The notes beneath the pieces are model-generated. The model did no database searches and was not told the DNA's origin. It saw only the letters and a program-made list of their open reading frames with translations. This document shows positions 12,270-24,200 of a DNA stretch of 64,000 bases, one piece after another. The position numbers and the translations under genes are program-made. The stretch covers positions 26,908,001 through 26,972,000 of the forward strand of contig OZ024764.1 of NCBI GenBank assembly GCA_964016885.1, given 5' to 3'. Position 1 is the stretch's first letter. Each line of letters begins with the position of its first letter. Source of the stretch: Eledone cirrhosa (lineage: Eukaryota).

Positions 12270-15200
12270 ATTGGAGACACAGAGGGAGAGAGTTGTAACG
12301 AGAGGTGAGAGAGAGAGAGAGAGTTGGAACGAGAGGTGAGAGAGAGAGAGTTGGAACGAGAGAGAGAGAGAGAGTTGAAACGAGAGGTGAGAGAGTTGAA
12401 ACAAGAGAGGAGAGAGAGAGAGTTGAAACGAGGAGAGAGTTGAAACAAGAGGGTGAGGGGAGAGAGGGGAGAGAGTGATGAAACGAGTTGGAGATAGTGT
12501 GAAAGAGAGAGAGAGAGGAAGAGAGAGAGAGAGAGGAAGAGAGAGGAAGAGAGGGGAAGAGAGAGAGAGGGAGAGAGGGGGATGAAACAAGAGAGAGGGG
12601 GATGAAACAAGAGGGTGAGGGATGAAACAAGAGAGAGAGGGGAGAGAAAGAGAGAGAGAGAGAGAGAAAGAATTGAAACAAGAGAGAGATGAAACAAGTG
12701 AGGGATTAGAGAGAGATGAAACAAGTGAGGGATTAGAGTGTTGAAACAAGAGAGACAGAGGAAGAGAGAGAGAGAGCGAGATGAAATGAGAGAGAGAGAG
12801 TGAGATGAAATGAGAGAGAGAGAGCGAGATGAAACGAGACAGGGAGAGCGAGATGAAACGAGAGAGTGAGAGCGAGATGAAACGAGAGAGTGAGAGCGAG
12901 ATGAAACGAGAGGGAGCGAGATGAAATGAGAGAGAGAGATGAGATGAAATGAGAGAGAGAGAGAGCGAGATGAAACGAGACAGAGAGAGCGGGATGAAAC
13001 GAGAGAGAGAGAGAGCGAGATGAAACGAGAGAGAGAGAGAGCGAGATGAAACAAGAGTGAGAGAGCGAGATGAAACAAGAGAGTGAGAGCGAGATGAAAT
13101 GAGAGAGAGAGAGAGAACGAGATGAAATGAGAGAGAAAGAGCGAGATGAAATGAGACATAGAATGATGAAACGAGAGAGAGATGAAACGAGAGAGAGAGG
13201 AAACGAAAGAGAGGAAACGAGAGTAGAGAGCGAGATGAAACAGGAGAGAGAGAGCGAGATGAAACAGGAGAGAGAGAGCGAAATGAAACGAGACGGAGAG
13301 AGAGATGAAATGAGAGAGCGAGAGAGAGATAGAGGGAGATGAAACGACAGAGAGAGAGACAGATGAAACGAGGGAGATAGAGATGAAACGAGAGAGAGGA
13401 AGAGAGAGATAGAACGAGAGAGAGGAAGAGAGAGATGAAACGAGAGAGAGGAAGACAGAGATGAAACGAGAGAGAGAGAGAGCAAGATGAAACGAGAGAG
13501 AGGAAGAGAGAGAGTGAGAGATGAAACGAGAGAGAGAGAGAGTGAGATGAAACGAGAGAGAGGAAGAGAGAGAGCGCGAGATGAAACGAGAGAGAGCGCG
13601 AGATGAAAGTCTGTCATGTAATGTTATGGACATATCTGCCCTAGGGGCTAATAATTGTCATGTAATGTTATGGACATCTCTGCCCCTGTGGCTAATAATT
13701 CTGTCATGTAATGTTATGGCCATCTCTGCCCCTGTGGCTAATAAATCTGTCATGCAATGTTATGGACATCTCTGCCCCTGTGGCTAATAATTCTGACATG
13801 TAATGTTAAGGACATCTCTGCCCCTGTGGCTAATAATTCTGACATGTAACGTTATGGACATCTCTGCCCCTGTGGCTAATAATTCTGAGAGAGATGAAAC
13901 AAGTGAGGGATTAAAGTGTTGAAACAAGAGAGAGAGAGGAAGAGAGAGTGAGAGCGAGACAAACGAGAGAGAGAGAGCGAGATGAAATGAGAGAGTGAGA
14001 GCGAGAAGAAACGAGAGAGAGAGAGCGAGATGAAATGAGAGAGAGAGAGCGAGATGAAATGAGAGAGAGGGAGCGAGATGAAACGAGACAGAGAGAGCGG
14101 GATGAAACGAGAGAGAGAGAGCGAGATGAAATGAGAGAGAGAGAGTGAGATGAAACGAGAGAGTGAGAGCTAGATGAAATGAGAGAGAGAGGAAACGAGA
14201 GAGAGAGGAAACGAGAGAGAGGAAACGAGAGTAGAGAGCGAGATGAAACAGGAGAGAGAGAGAGCGAGATGAAACAGGAGAGAGAGAGCGAGACGAAACG
14301 AGAGGGAGAGAGAGATGAAACGAGAGAGCGAGAGAGAGATAGAGGGAGATGAAACGACAGAGAGAGAGACAGATGAAACGAGGGAGATAGAGATGAAACG
14401 AGAGAGAGAGATGAAACGAGAGAGAGGAAGAGAGAGATGGAACGAGAGAGAGGAAGAGAGAGATGGAACGAGAGAGAGGAAGACAGAGATGAAACGAGTG
14501 AGAGAGAGATCGAGATGAAACGAGAGAGAGGAAGAGAGAGAGCGCATGATGAAACGAGAGAGAGAGCGAGATGAAATGAGAGAGTGAGAGTGAGATGAAA
14601 CGAGAGAGAGAGAGCGGGATGAAACGAGACAGAGAGATCGAGATGAAATGAGAGACAGAGAGAGCGAGATGAAACGAGAGAGTGAGAGCTAGATGAAACG
14701 AGAGAGAGATGGAACGAGAGTAGAGAGCGAGATCAAACAGGAGAGAGAGAGCGAGATGAAACAGGAGTGAGAGAGCGAGATGAAACGAGAGCGAGGTAGA
14801 GATGAAACGAGAGAGCGAGAGAGAGATAGAGGGAGATGAAACGACAGAGAGAGAGACAGATGAAACGAGGGAGATAGAGATGAAACGAGAGAGAGAGAGC
14901 GAGATGAAACGAGAGAGTGAGAGCTAGATGAAACGAGAGAGAGGAAGACAAAGATGAAACGAGAGAGAGAGAGAGAGAGCGAGATGAAACGAGAGAGAGG
15001 AAGAGACAGAGCGCGAGATGAAACGAGAGAGAGAGAGCGCGAGATGAAAGTCTGTCATGTAATGTTATGGACATATCTGCCCTTGGGGCTAATAATTGTC
15101 GTGTAATGTTATGGACATATCTGCCCCTGTGGCTAATAATTCTGTCATGTAATGTTATGGACATCTCTGCCCCTGTGGCTAATAATTATGTCATGTAATG

Positions 15201-18200
15201 TTATGGACATCTCTGCCCCTGTGGCTAATAATTCTGTCATGTAATGTTATGGACATCTCTGCCCCTGTGGCTAATAAATTCGTCATGTAATGTTATGGAC
15301 ATCTCTGCCCCTGTGGCTAATAAATCTGTCATGTAATGTTATGGACATCTCTGCCCCTGTGGCTAATAATTCTGACATGTAATGTTATGGACATCTCTGC
15401 CCCTGTGGCTAATAATTCTGAGAGAGATGAAACAAGTGAGGGATAAGAGAGAGATGAAACAAGTGAGGGATTAGAGTGTTGAAACAAGAGAGAGAGAGGA
15501 AGAGAGAGTGAGAGCGAGATGAAATGAGAGAGAGACAGAGCGAGATGAAATGAGAGAGTGAGAGCGAGATGAAACGAGAGAGAGAGAGCGAGATGAAATG
15601 AGAGAGAGAGAGCGAGATGAAATGAGAGAGAGAGAGCGAGATGAAACGAGACAGAGAGAGCGGGATGAAATGAGAGAGAGAGAGCGAGATGAAATGAGAC
15701 AGAGAGAGCGGGATGAAACGAGACAGAGAGAGCGAGATGAAATGAGAGAGAGAGAGAGCGAAATGAAACGAGACAGAGAGACCGAGATGAAACGAGAGAG
15801 AGAGAGAGAGCGAGATGAAATGAGAGAGAGAGAGCGAGATGAAACGAGAGTGAGAGCTAGAGGAAACGAGAGAGAGAGGAAACGAGAGAGAGAGGAAACG
15901 AGAGAGAGAGAGGAAACGAGAGAGAGGATACGAGAGAGAGGATACGAGAGAGAGGAAACGAGAGTAGAGAGCGAGATGAAACAGGAGAGAGAGAGCGAGA
16001 TGAAACAAGAGAGAGAGAGCGAGATGAAACGAGAGGGAGAGAGAGATGAAACGAGTGAGCGAGAGAGAGATAGAGCGCAAGATGAAACGACAGAGAGAGA
16101 GACAGATGAAACGAGGGAGATAGAGATGAAACGAGAGAGAGATGAAACGAGAGAGAGGAAGAGAGAGATGGAACGAGAGAGAGGAAGACAGAGATGAAAC
16201 GAGAGAGAGAGAGAGAGCAAGATAAAACGAGAGATAGGAAGAGAGAGAGTGCGAGATGAAACGAGAGAGAGAGAGAGTGAGATGAAACGAGAGAGAGGAA
16301 GAGAGAGAGCGCGAGATGAAACGAGAGAGCGCGAGATGAAAGTCTGTCATGTAATGTTATGGACATATCTGCCCTAGGGGCTAATAATTGTCATGTAATG
16401 TTATGGACATCTCTGCCCCTGTGGCTAATAATTCTGTCATGTAATGTTATGGCCATCTCTGCCCCTGTGGCTAATAATTCTGTCATGTAATGTTATGGAC
16501 ATCTCTGCCCCTGTGGCTAATAAATTCGTCATGTAATGTTATGGACATCTCTGCCCCTGTGGCTAATAAATTCGTCATGTAATGTTATGGACATCTCTGC
16601 CCCTGTGGCTAATAAATCTGTCATGTAATGTTATGGACATCTCTGCCCCTGTGGCTAATAATTCTGACATGTAATGTTATGGACATCTCTGCCCCTGTGG
16701 CTAATAATTCTGAGAGAGATGAAACAAGTGAGGGAAAAGAGAGAGATGAAACAAGTGAGGGATTAGAGTGTTGAAACAAGAGAGAGAGAGAGGAAGAGAT
16801 AGTGAGAGCGAGATCAAACGAGAGAGAGAGAGAGCAAGATGAAATGAGAGAGAGAGAGCGAGATGAAATGAGAGAGAGAGAGCGAGATGAAACGAGATAG
16901 AGAGAGCGGGATGAAACGAGACAGAGAGAGCGAGATGAAATGAGAGAGAGAGAGAGCGAAATGAAACGAGACAGAGAGAGCGAGATGAAACGAGAGAGAG
17001 AGAGGGAGATGAAATGAGAGAGAGAGAGCGAGATGAAACGAGAGAGTGAGAGCTAGAGGAAACGAGAGAGAGTGGAAACGAGAGAGAGAGGAAACGAGAG
17101 AGAGGATACGAGAGAGAGGAAACAAGAGTAGAGAGCGAGATGAAACAGGAGAGAGAGAGCGAGATGAAACAGGAGAGAGAGAGCGAGATGAAACGAGAGG
17201 GAGAGAGAGATGAAACGAGAGAGCGAGAGAGAGATAGAGGGAGATGAAACGACAGAGAGAGAGACAGATGAAACGAGGGAGATAGAGATGAAACGAGAGA
17301 GAGAGATGAAACGAGAGAGAGGAAGAGAGAGATGGAACGAGAGAGAGGAAGAGAGAGATGGAACGAGAGAGAGGAAGACAGAGATGAAACGAGAGAGAGA
17401 GAGAGATGAAACGAGAGAGAGAGGAAGATAGAGAGTGCGTGATGAAACGAGAGAGAGAGAGAGAGAGAGAGCGAGATGAAACGAGAGAGAGGAAGAGAGA
17501 GAGCGCGAGATGAAACGAGAGAGAGAGAGAGCGAGATGAAATGAGAGAGTGTGAGTGAGACGAAACGAGAGAGAGAGTGAGAGCGAGATGAAATGAGAGA
17601 GAGAGAGCGAGACGAAATGAGAGAGAGAGAGCGAGATGAAACGAGACAGAGAGAGCGGGATGAAACGAGACAGATGGATCGAGATGAAATGAGAGAGTGA
17701 GAGCGAGATGGAACGAGACAGAGAGAGCGCGATGAAACGAGAGAGAGATGGAACGAAAGTAGAGATCGAGATGAAACAGGAGAGAGAGAGCGAGATGAAA
17801 CGAGAGGGAGGGAGAGATGAAACGAGAGAGCGAGAGAGAGATAGAGGGAGATGAAACGACAGAGAGAGAGACAGATGAAATGTGGGAGATAGAGATGAAA
17901 CGAGAGAGCGAGATGAAACGAGAGAGTGAGAGCGAGATGGAACGAGACAGAGAGAGCGAGATGAAACGAGAGAGTGAGAGCTAGATGAAACGAGAGAGAG
18001 ATGGAACGAGAGAGAGAGGAAGAGAGAAATGGAACGAGAGAGTGGAAGACAAAGATGAAACGAGAGAGAGAGAGAGCGAGATGAAACGAGAGAGAGGAAG
18101 AGAGAGAGCGCGAGATGAAACGAGAGAGAGAGAGAGCGAGATGAAACGAGAGAGAGGAAGAGAGAGAGGGCGAGATGAAACGAGAGAGAGCGCGAGATGA

Positions 18201-21200
18201 AAGTCTGTCATGTAAAGTTATCGACATATCTGCCCTTGGGGCTAATAATTGTCATGTAATGTTATGTACATCTCTGCCCCTGTGGCTAATAATTCTGTCA
18301 TGTAATGTTATGGACATCTCTGCCCCTGTGGCTAATAATTATGTCATGTAATGTTATGGACATCTCTGCCCCTGTGGCTAATAAATTCGTCATGTAATGT
18401 TATGGACATCTCTGCCCCTGTGGCTAATAAATCTGAGAGAGATGAAACAAGTGAGAGATTAGAGTGTTGAAACAAGAGAGAGAGAGGAAGAGAGAGTGAG
18501 AGCGAGATCAAACGAGAGAGAGAGAGCGAGATGAAATGAGAGAGTGAGAGCGAGATGAAACGAGAGAGAGAGAGCCCGATGAAATGAGAGAGAGAGAGCG
18601 AGATGAAATGAGAGAGAGAGAGCGAGATGAAACGAGACAGAGAGAGCGGGATGAAACGAGATAGAGAGAGCGAGATGAAATGAGAGAGAGAGAGAGCGAA
18701 ATGAAACGAGACAGAGAGAGCCAGATGAAATGAGAGAGAGAGAGCGAGATGAAACGAGAGAGAGAGAGCGAGATGAAATGAGAGAGAGAGAGCGAGATGA
18801 AACGAGAGAGTGAGAGCGAGATGAAATGAGAGAGAGAGAGAGAACGAGATGAAATGAGAGAGAGAGAGAGAGCGAGATGAAATGAGACATAGAATGATGA
18901 AACGAGAGAGAGATGAAACGAGAGAGAGAGGAAACGAGAGAGAGGAAACGAGAGTAGAGAGCGAGATGAAACAGGAGAGAGAGAGCGAGATGAAACGAGA
19001 CGGAGAGAGAGATGAAACGAGAGAGCGAGAGAGAGATAGAGGGAGATGAAACGACAGAGAGAGAGACAGATGAAACGAGGGAGATAGAGATGAAACGAGA
19101 GAGAGGAAGAGAGAGATAGAACGAGAGAGAGGAAGAGAGAGATGAACGAGAGAGAGGAAGACAGAGATGAAACGAGAGAGAGAGAGAGCAAGATGAAACG
19201 AGAGAGAGGAAGAGAGAGAGTGCGAGATGAAACGAGAGAGAGAGAGAGTGAGATGAAACGAGAGAGAGGAAGAGAGAGAGCGCGAGATGAAACGAGAGAG
19301 AGCGCGAGATGAAAGTCTGTCATGTAATGTTATGGACATATCTGCCCTAGGGGCTAATAATTGTCATGTAATGTTATGGACATCTCTGCCCCTGTGGCTA
19401 ATAATTCTGTCATGTAATGTTATGGCCATCTCTGCCCCTGTGGCTAATAATTATGTCATGTAATGTTATGGACATCTCTGCCCCTGTGGCTAATAAATTC
19501 GTCATGTAATGTTATGGACATCTCTGCCCCTGTGGCTAATAAATTCGTCATGTAATGTTATGGACATCTCTGCCCCTGTGGCTAATAAATCTGTCATGTA
19601 ATGTTATGGACATCTCTGCCCCTGTGGCTAATAATTCTGACATGTAATGTTATGGACATCTCTGCCCCTGTGGCTAATAATTCTGAGAGAGATGAAACAA
19701 GTGAGGGAAAAGAGAGAGATGAAACAAGTGAGGGATTAGAGTGTTGAAACAAGAGAGAGAGAGAGGAAGAGAGAGTGAGAGCGAGATCAAACGAGAGAGA
19801 GAGAGAGCAAGATGAAATGAGAGAGAGAGAGCGAGATGAAATGAGAGAGAGAGAGCGAGATGAAACGAGATAGAGAGAGCGGGATGAAACGAGACAGAGA
19901 GAGCGAGATGAAATGAGAGAGAGAGAGAGCGAAATGAAACGAGACAGAGAGAGCGAGATGAAACGAGAGAGAGAGAGGGAGATGAAATGAGAGAGAGAGA
20001 GCGAGATGAAACGAGAGAGTGAGAGCTAGAGGAAACGAGAGAGAGTGGAAACGAGAGAGAGAGGAAACGAGAGAGAGGATACGAGAGAGAGGAAACAAGA
20101 GTAGAGAGCGAGATGAAACAGGAGAGAGAGAGCGAGATGAAACAGGAGAGAGAGAGCGAGATGAAACGAGAGGGAGAGAGAGATGAAACGAGAGAGCGAG
20201 AGAGAGATAGAGGGAGATGAAACGACAGAGAGAGAGACAGATGAAACGAGGGAGATAGAGATGAAACGAGAGAGAGAGATGAAACGAGAGAGAGGAAGAG
20301 AGAGATGGAACGAGAGAGAGGAAGAGAGAGATGGAACGAGAGAGAGGAAGACAGAGATGAAACGAGAGAGAGAGAGAGAGAGATGAAACGAGAGAGAGAG
20401 GAAGATAGAGAGTGCGTGATGAAACGAGAGAGAGAGAGAGAGAGAGCGAGATGAAACGAGAGAGAGGAAGAGAGAGAGCGCGAGATGAAACGAGAGAGAG
20501 AGAGAGCGAGATGAAATGAGAGAGTGTGAGTGAGACGAAACGAGAGAGAGAGTGAGAGCGAGATGAAATGAGAGAGAGAGAGCGAGACGAAATGAGAGAG
20601 AGAGAGCGAGATGAAACGAGACAGAGAGAGCGGGATGAAACGAGACAGATGGATCGAGATGAAATGAGAGAGTGAGAGCGAGATGGAACGAGACAGAGAG
20701 AGCGCGATGAAACGAGAGAGAGATGGAACGAAAGTAGAGATCGAGATGAAACAGGAGAGAGAGAGCGAGATGAAACGAGAGGGAGGGAGAGATGAAACGA
20801 GAGAGCGAGAGAGAGATAGAGGGAGATGAAACGACAGAGAGAGAGACAGATGAAATGAGGGAGATAGAGATGAAACGAGAGAGTGAGAGCGAGATGGAAC
20901 GAGACAGAGAGAGCGAGATGAAACGAGAGAGTGAGAGCTAGATGAAACGAGAGAGAGATGGAACGAGAGAGAGAGGAAGAGAGAAATGGAACGAGAGAGT
21001 GGAAGACAAAGATGAAACGAGAGAGAGAGAGAGCGAGATGAAACGAGAGAGAGGAAGAGAGAGAGCGCGAGATGAAACGAGAGAGAGAGAGAGCGAGATG
21101 AAACGAGAGAGAGGAAGAGAGAGAGGGCGAGATGAAACGAGAGAGAGCGCGAGATGAAAGTCTGTCATGTAATGTTATCGACATATCTGCCCTTGGGGCT

Positions 21201-24200
21201 AATAATTGTCATGTAATGTTATGGACATATCTGCCCCTGGGGCTAATAATTGTCATGTAATGTTATGTACATCTCTGCCCCTGTGGCTAATAATTCTGTC
21301 ATGTAATGTTATGGACATCTCTGCCCCTGTGGCTAATAATTATGTCATGTAATGTTATGGACATCTCTGCCCCTGTGGCTAATAATTCTGTCATGTAATG
21401 TTATGGACATCTCTGCCCCTGTGGCTAATAAATTCGTCATGTAATGTTATGGACATCTCTGCCCCTGTGGCTAATAAATCTGAGAGAGATGAAACAAGTG
21501 AGGGATTAGAGTGTTGAAACAAGAGAGAGAGAGGAAGAGAGAGTGAGAGCGAGATCAAACGAGAGAGAGAGAGCGAGATGGAATGAGAGAGTGAGAGCGA
21601 GATGAAACGAGAGAGAGAGAGCCAGATGAAATGAGAGAGAGAGAGCGAGATGAAATGAGAGAGAGAGAGCGAGATGAAACGAGACAGAGAGAGCGGGATG
21701 AAACGAGATAGAGAGAGCGAGATGAAATGAGAGAGAGAGAGAGCGAAATGAAACGAGACAGAGAGAGCCAGATGAAATGAGAGAGAGAGAGCGAGATGAA
21801 ACGAGAGAGAGAGAGCGAGATGAAATGAGAGAGAGAGAGCGAGATGAAACGAGAGAGTGAGAGCGAGATGAAATGAGAGAGAGAGAGAGCGAAATGAAAC
21901 GAGACAGAGAGAGCCAGATGAAATGAGAGAGAGAGAGCGAGATGAAACGAGAGAGAGAGAGCGAGATGAAATGAGAGAGAGAGAGCGAGATGAAACAAGA
22001 GAGTGAGAGCGAGATGAAACGAGGGAGATAGAGATGAAATGAGAGAGAGAGAGAGAGCGAGATGAAATGAGACATAGAATGATGAAACGAGAGAGAGATG
22101 AAACGAGAGAGAGAGGAAACGAGAGAGAGGAAACGAGAGTAGAGAGCGAGATGAAACAGGAGAGAGAGAGCGAGATGAAACGAGACGGAGAGAGAGATGA
22201 AACGAGAGAGCGAGAGAGAGATAGAGGGAGATGAAACGACAGAGAGAGAGACAGATGAAACGAGGGAGATAGAGATGAAACGAGAGAGAGGAAGAGAGAG
22301 ATAGAACGAGAGAGAGGAAGAGAGAGATGAACGAGAGAGAGGAAGACAGAGATGAAACGAGAGAGAGAGAGAGCAAGATGAAACGAGAGAGAGGAAGAGA
22401 GAGAGTGCGAGATGAAACGAGAGAGAGAGAGAGTGAGATGAAACGAGAGAGAGGAAGAGAGAGAGCGCGAGATGAAACGAGAGAGAGCGCGAGATGAAAG
22501 TCTGTCATGTAATGTTATGGACATATCTGCCCTAGGGGCTAATAATTGTCATGTAATGTTATGGACATCTCTGCCCCTGTGGCTAATAATTCTGTCATGT
22601 AATGTTATGGCCATCTCTGCCCCTGTGGCTAATAATTCTGTCATGTAATGTTATGGACATCTCTGCCCCTGTGGCTAATAAATTCGTCATGTAATGTTAT
22701 GGACATCTCTGCCCCTGTGGCTAATAAATTCGTCATGTAATGTTATGGACATCTCTGCTCCTGTGGCTAATAAATCTGTCATGTAATGTTATGGACATCT
22801 CTGCCCCTGTGGCTAATAATTCTGACATGTAATGTTATGGACATCTCTGCCCCTGTGGCTAATAATTCTGAGAGAGATGAAACAAGTGAGGGAAAAGAGA
22901 GAGATGAAACAAGTGAGGGATTAGAGTGTTGAAACAAGAGAGAGAGAGAGGAAGAGAGAGTGAGAGCGAGATCAAACGAGAGAGAGAGCAAGATGAAATG
23001 AGAGAGAGAGAGCGAGATGAAATGAGAGAGAGAGAGCGAGATGAAACGAGATAGAGAGAGCGGGATGAAACGAGACAGAGAGAGCGAGATGAAATGAGAG
23101 AGAGAGAGCGAGATGAAATGAGAGAGAGAGAGAGCGAAATGAAACGAGACAGAGAGAGCGAGATGAAACGAGAGAGAGAGAGGGAGATGAAATGAGAGAG
23201 AGAGAGCGAGATGAAACGAGAGAGTGAGAGCTAGAGGAAACGAGAGAGAGTGGAAACGAGAGAGAGAGGAAACAAGAGAGAGGATACGAGAGAGAGGAAA
23301 CAAGAGTAGAGAGCGAGATGAAACAGGAGAGAGAGAGCGAGATGAAACAGGAGAGAGAGAGCGAGATGAAACGAGAGGGAGAGAGAGATGAAACGAGAGA
23401 GCGAGAGAGAGATAGAGGGAGATGAAACGACAGAGAGAGAGACAGATGAAACGAGGGAGATAGAGATGAAACGAGAGAGAGAGATGAAACGAGAGAGAGG
23501 AAGAGAGAGATGGAACGAGAGAGAGGAAGACAGAGATGAAACGAGAGAGAGAGAGAGAGAGATGAAACGAGAGAGAGAGGAAGATAGAGAGTGCGTGATG
23601 AAACGAGAGAGAGAGAGAGAGAGAGCGAGATGAAACGAGAGAGAGGAAGAGAGAGAGCGCGAGATGAAACGAGAGAGAGAGAGAGCGAGATGAAATGAGA
23701 GAGTGTGAGTGAGACGAAACGAGAGAGAGAGTGAGAGCGAGATGAAATGAGAGAGAGAGAGCGAGACGAAATGAGAGAGAGAGAGCGAGATGAAACGAGA
23801 CAGAGAGAGCGGGATGAAACGAGACAGATGGATCGAGATGAAATGAGAGAGTGAGAGCGAGATGGAACGAGACAGAGAGAGCGCGATGAAACGAGAGAGA
23901 GATGGAACGAAAGTAGAGATCGAGATGAAACAGGAGAGAGAGAGCGAGATGAAACGAGAGGGAGGGAGAGATGAAACGAGAGAGCGAGAGAGAGATAGAG
24001 GGAGATGAAACGACAGAGAGAGAGACAGATGAAATGAGGGAGATAGAGATGAAACGAGAGAGTGAGAGCGAGATGGAACGAGACAGAGAGAGCGAGATGA
24101 AACGAGAGAGTGAGAGCTAGATGAAACGAGAGAGAGATGGAACGAGAGAGAGAGGAAGAGAGAAATGGAACGAGAGAGTGGAAGACAAAGATGAAACGAG

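Larger units (their letters stand above)
9349..12690 (+). repeat. Duplicated segment, copy A (hAT end, CRE fragment, Helitron 5' part, start of satellite-bearing insert)
   Basis: Near-identical to 58139-61360. Partly matches 55559-56882 and 46883-47820. Confidence 0.93.

Noticed and set aside
13880-13905. CTGA...GAAAC at the satellite junction as a hammerhead ribozyme core
   Set aside because: It reads CTGAGAG rather than CTGANGA, and the purine-only context cannot form stem II.
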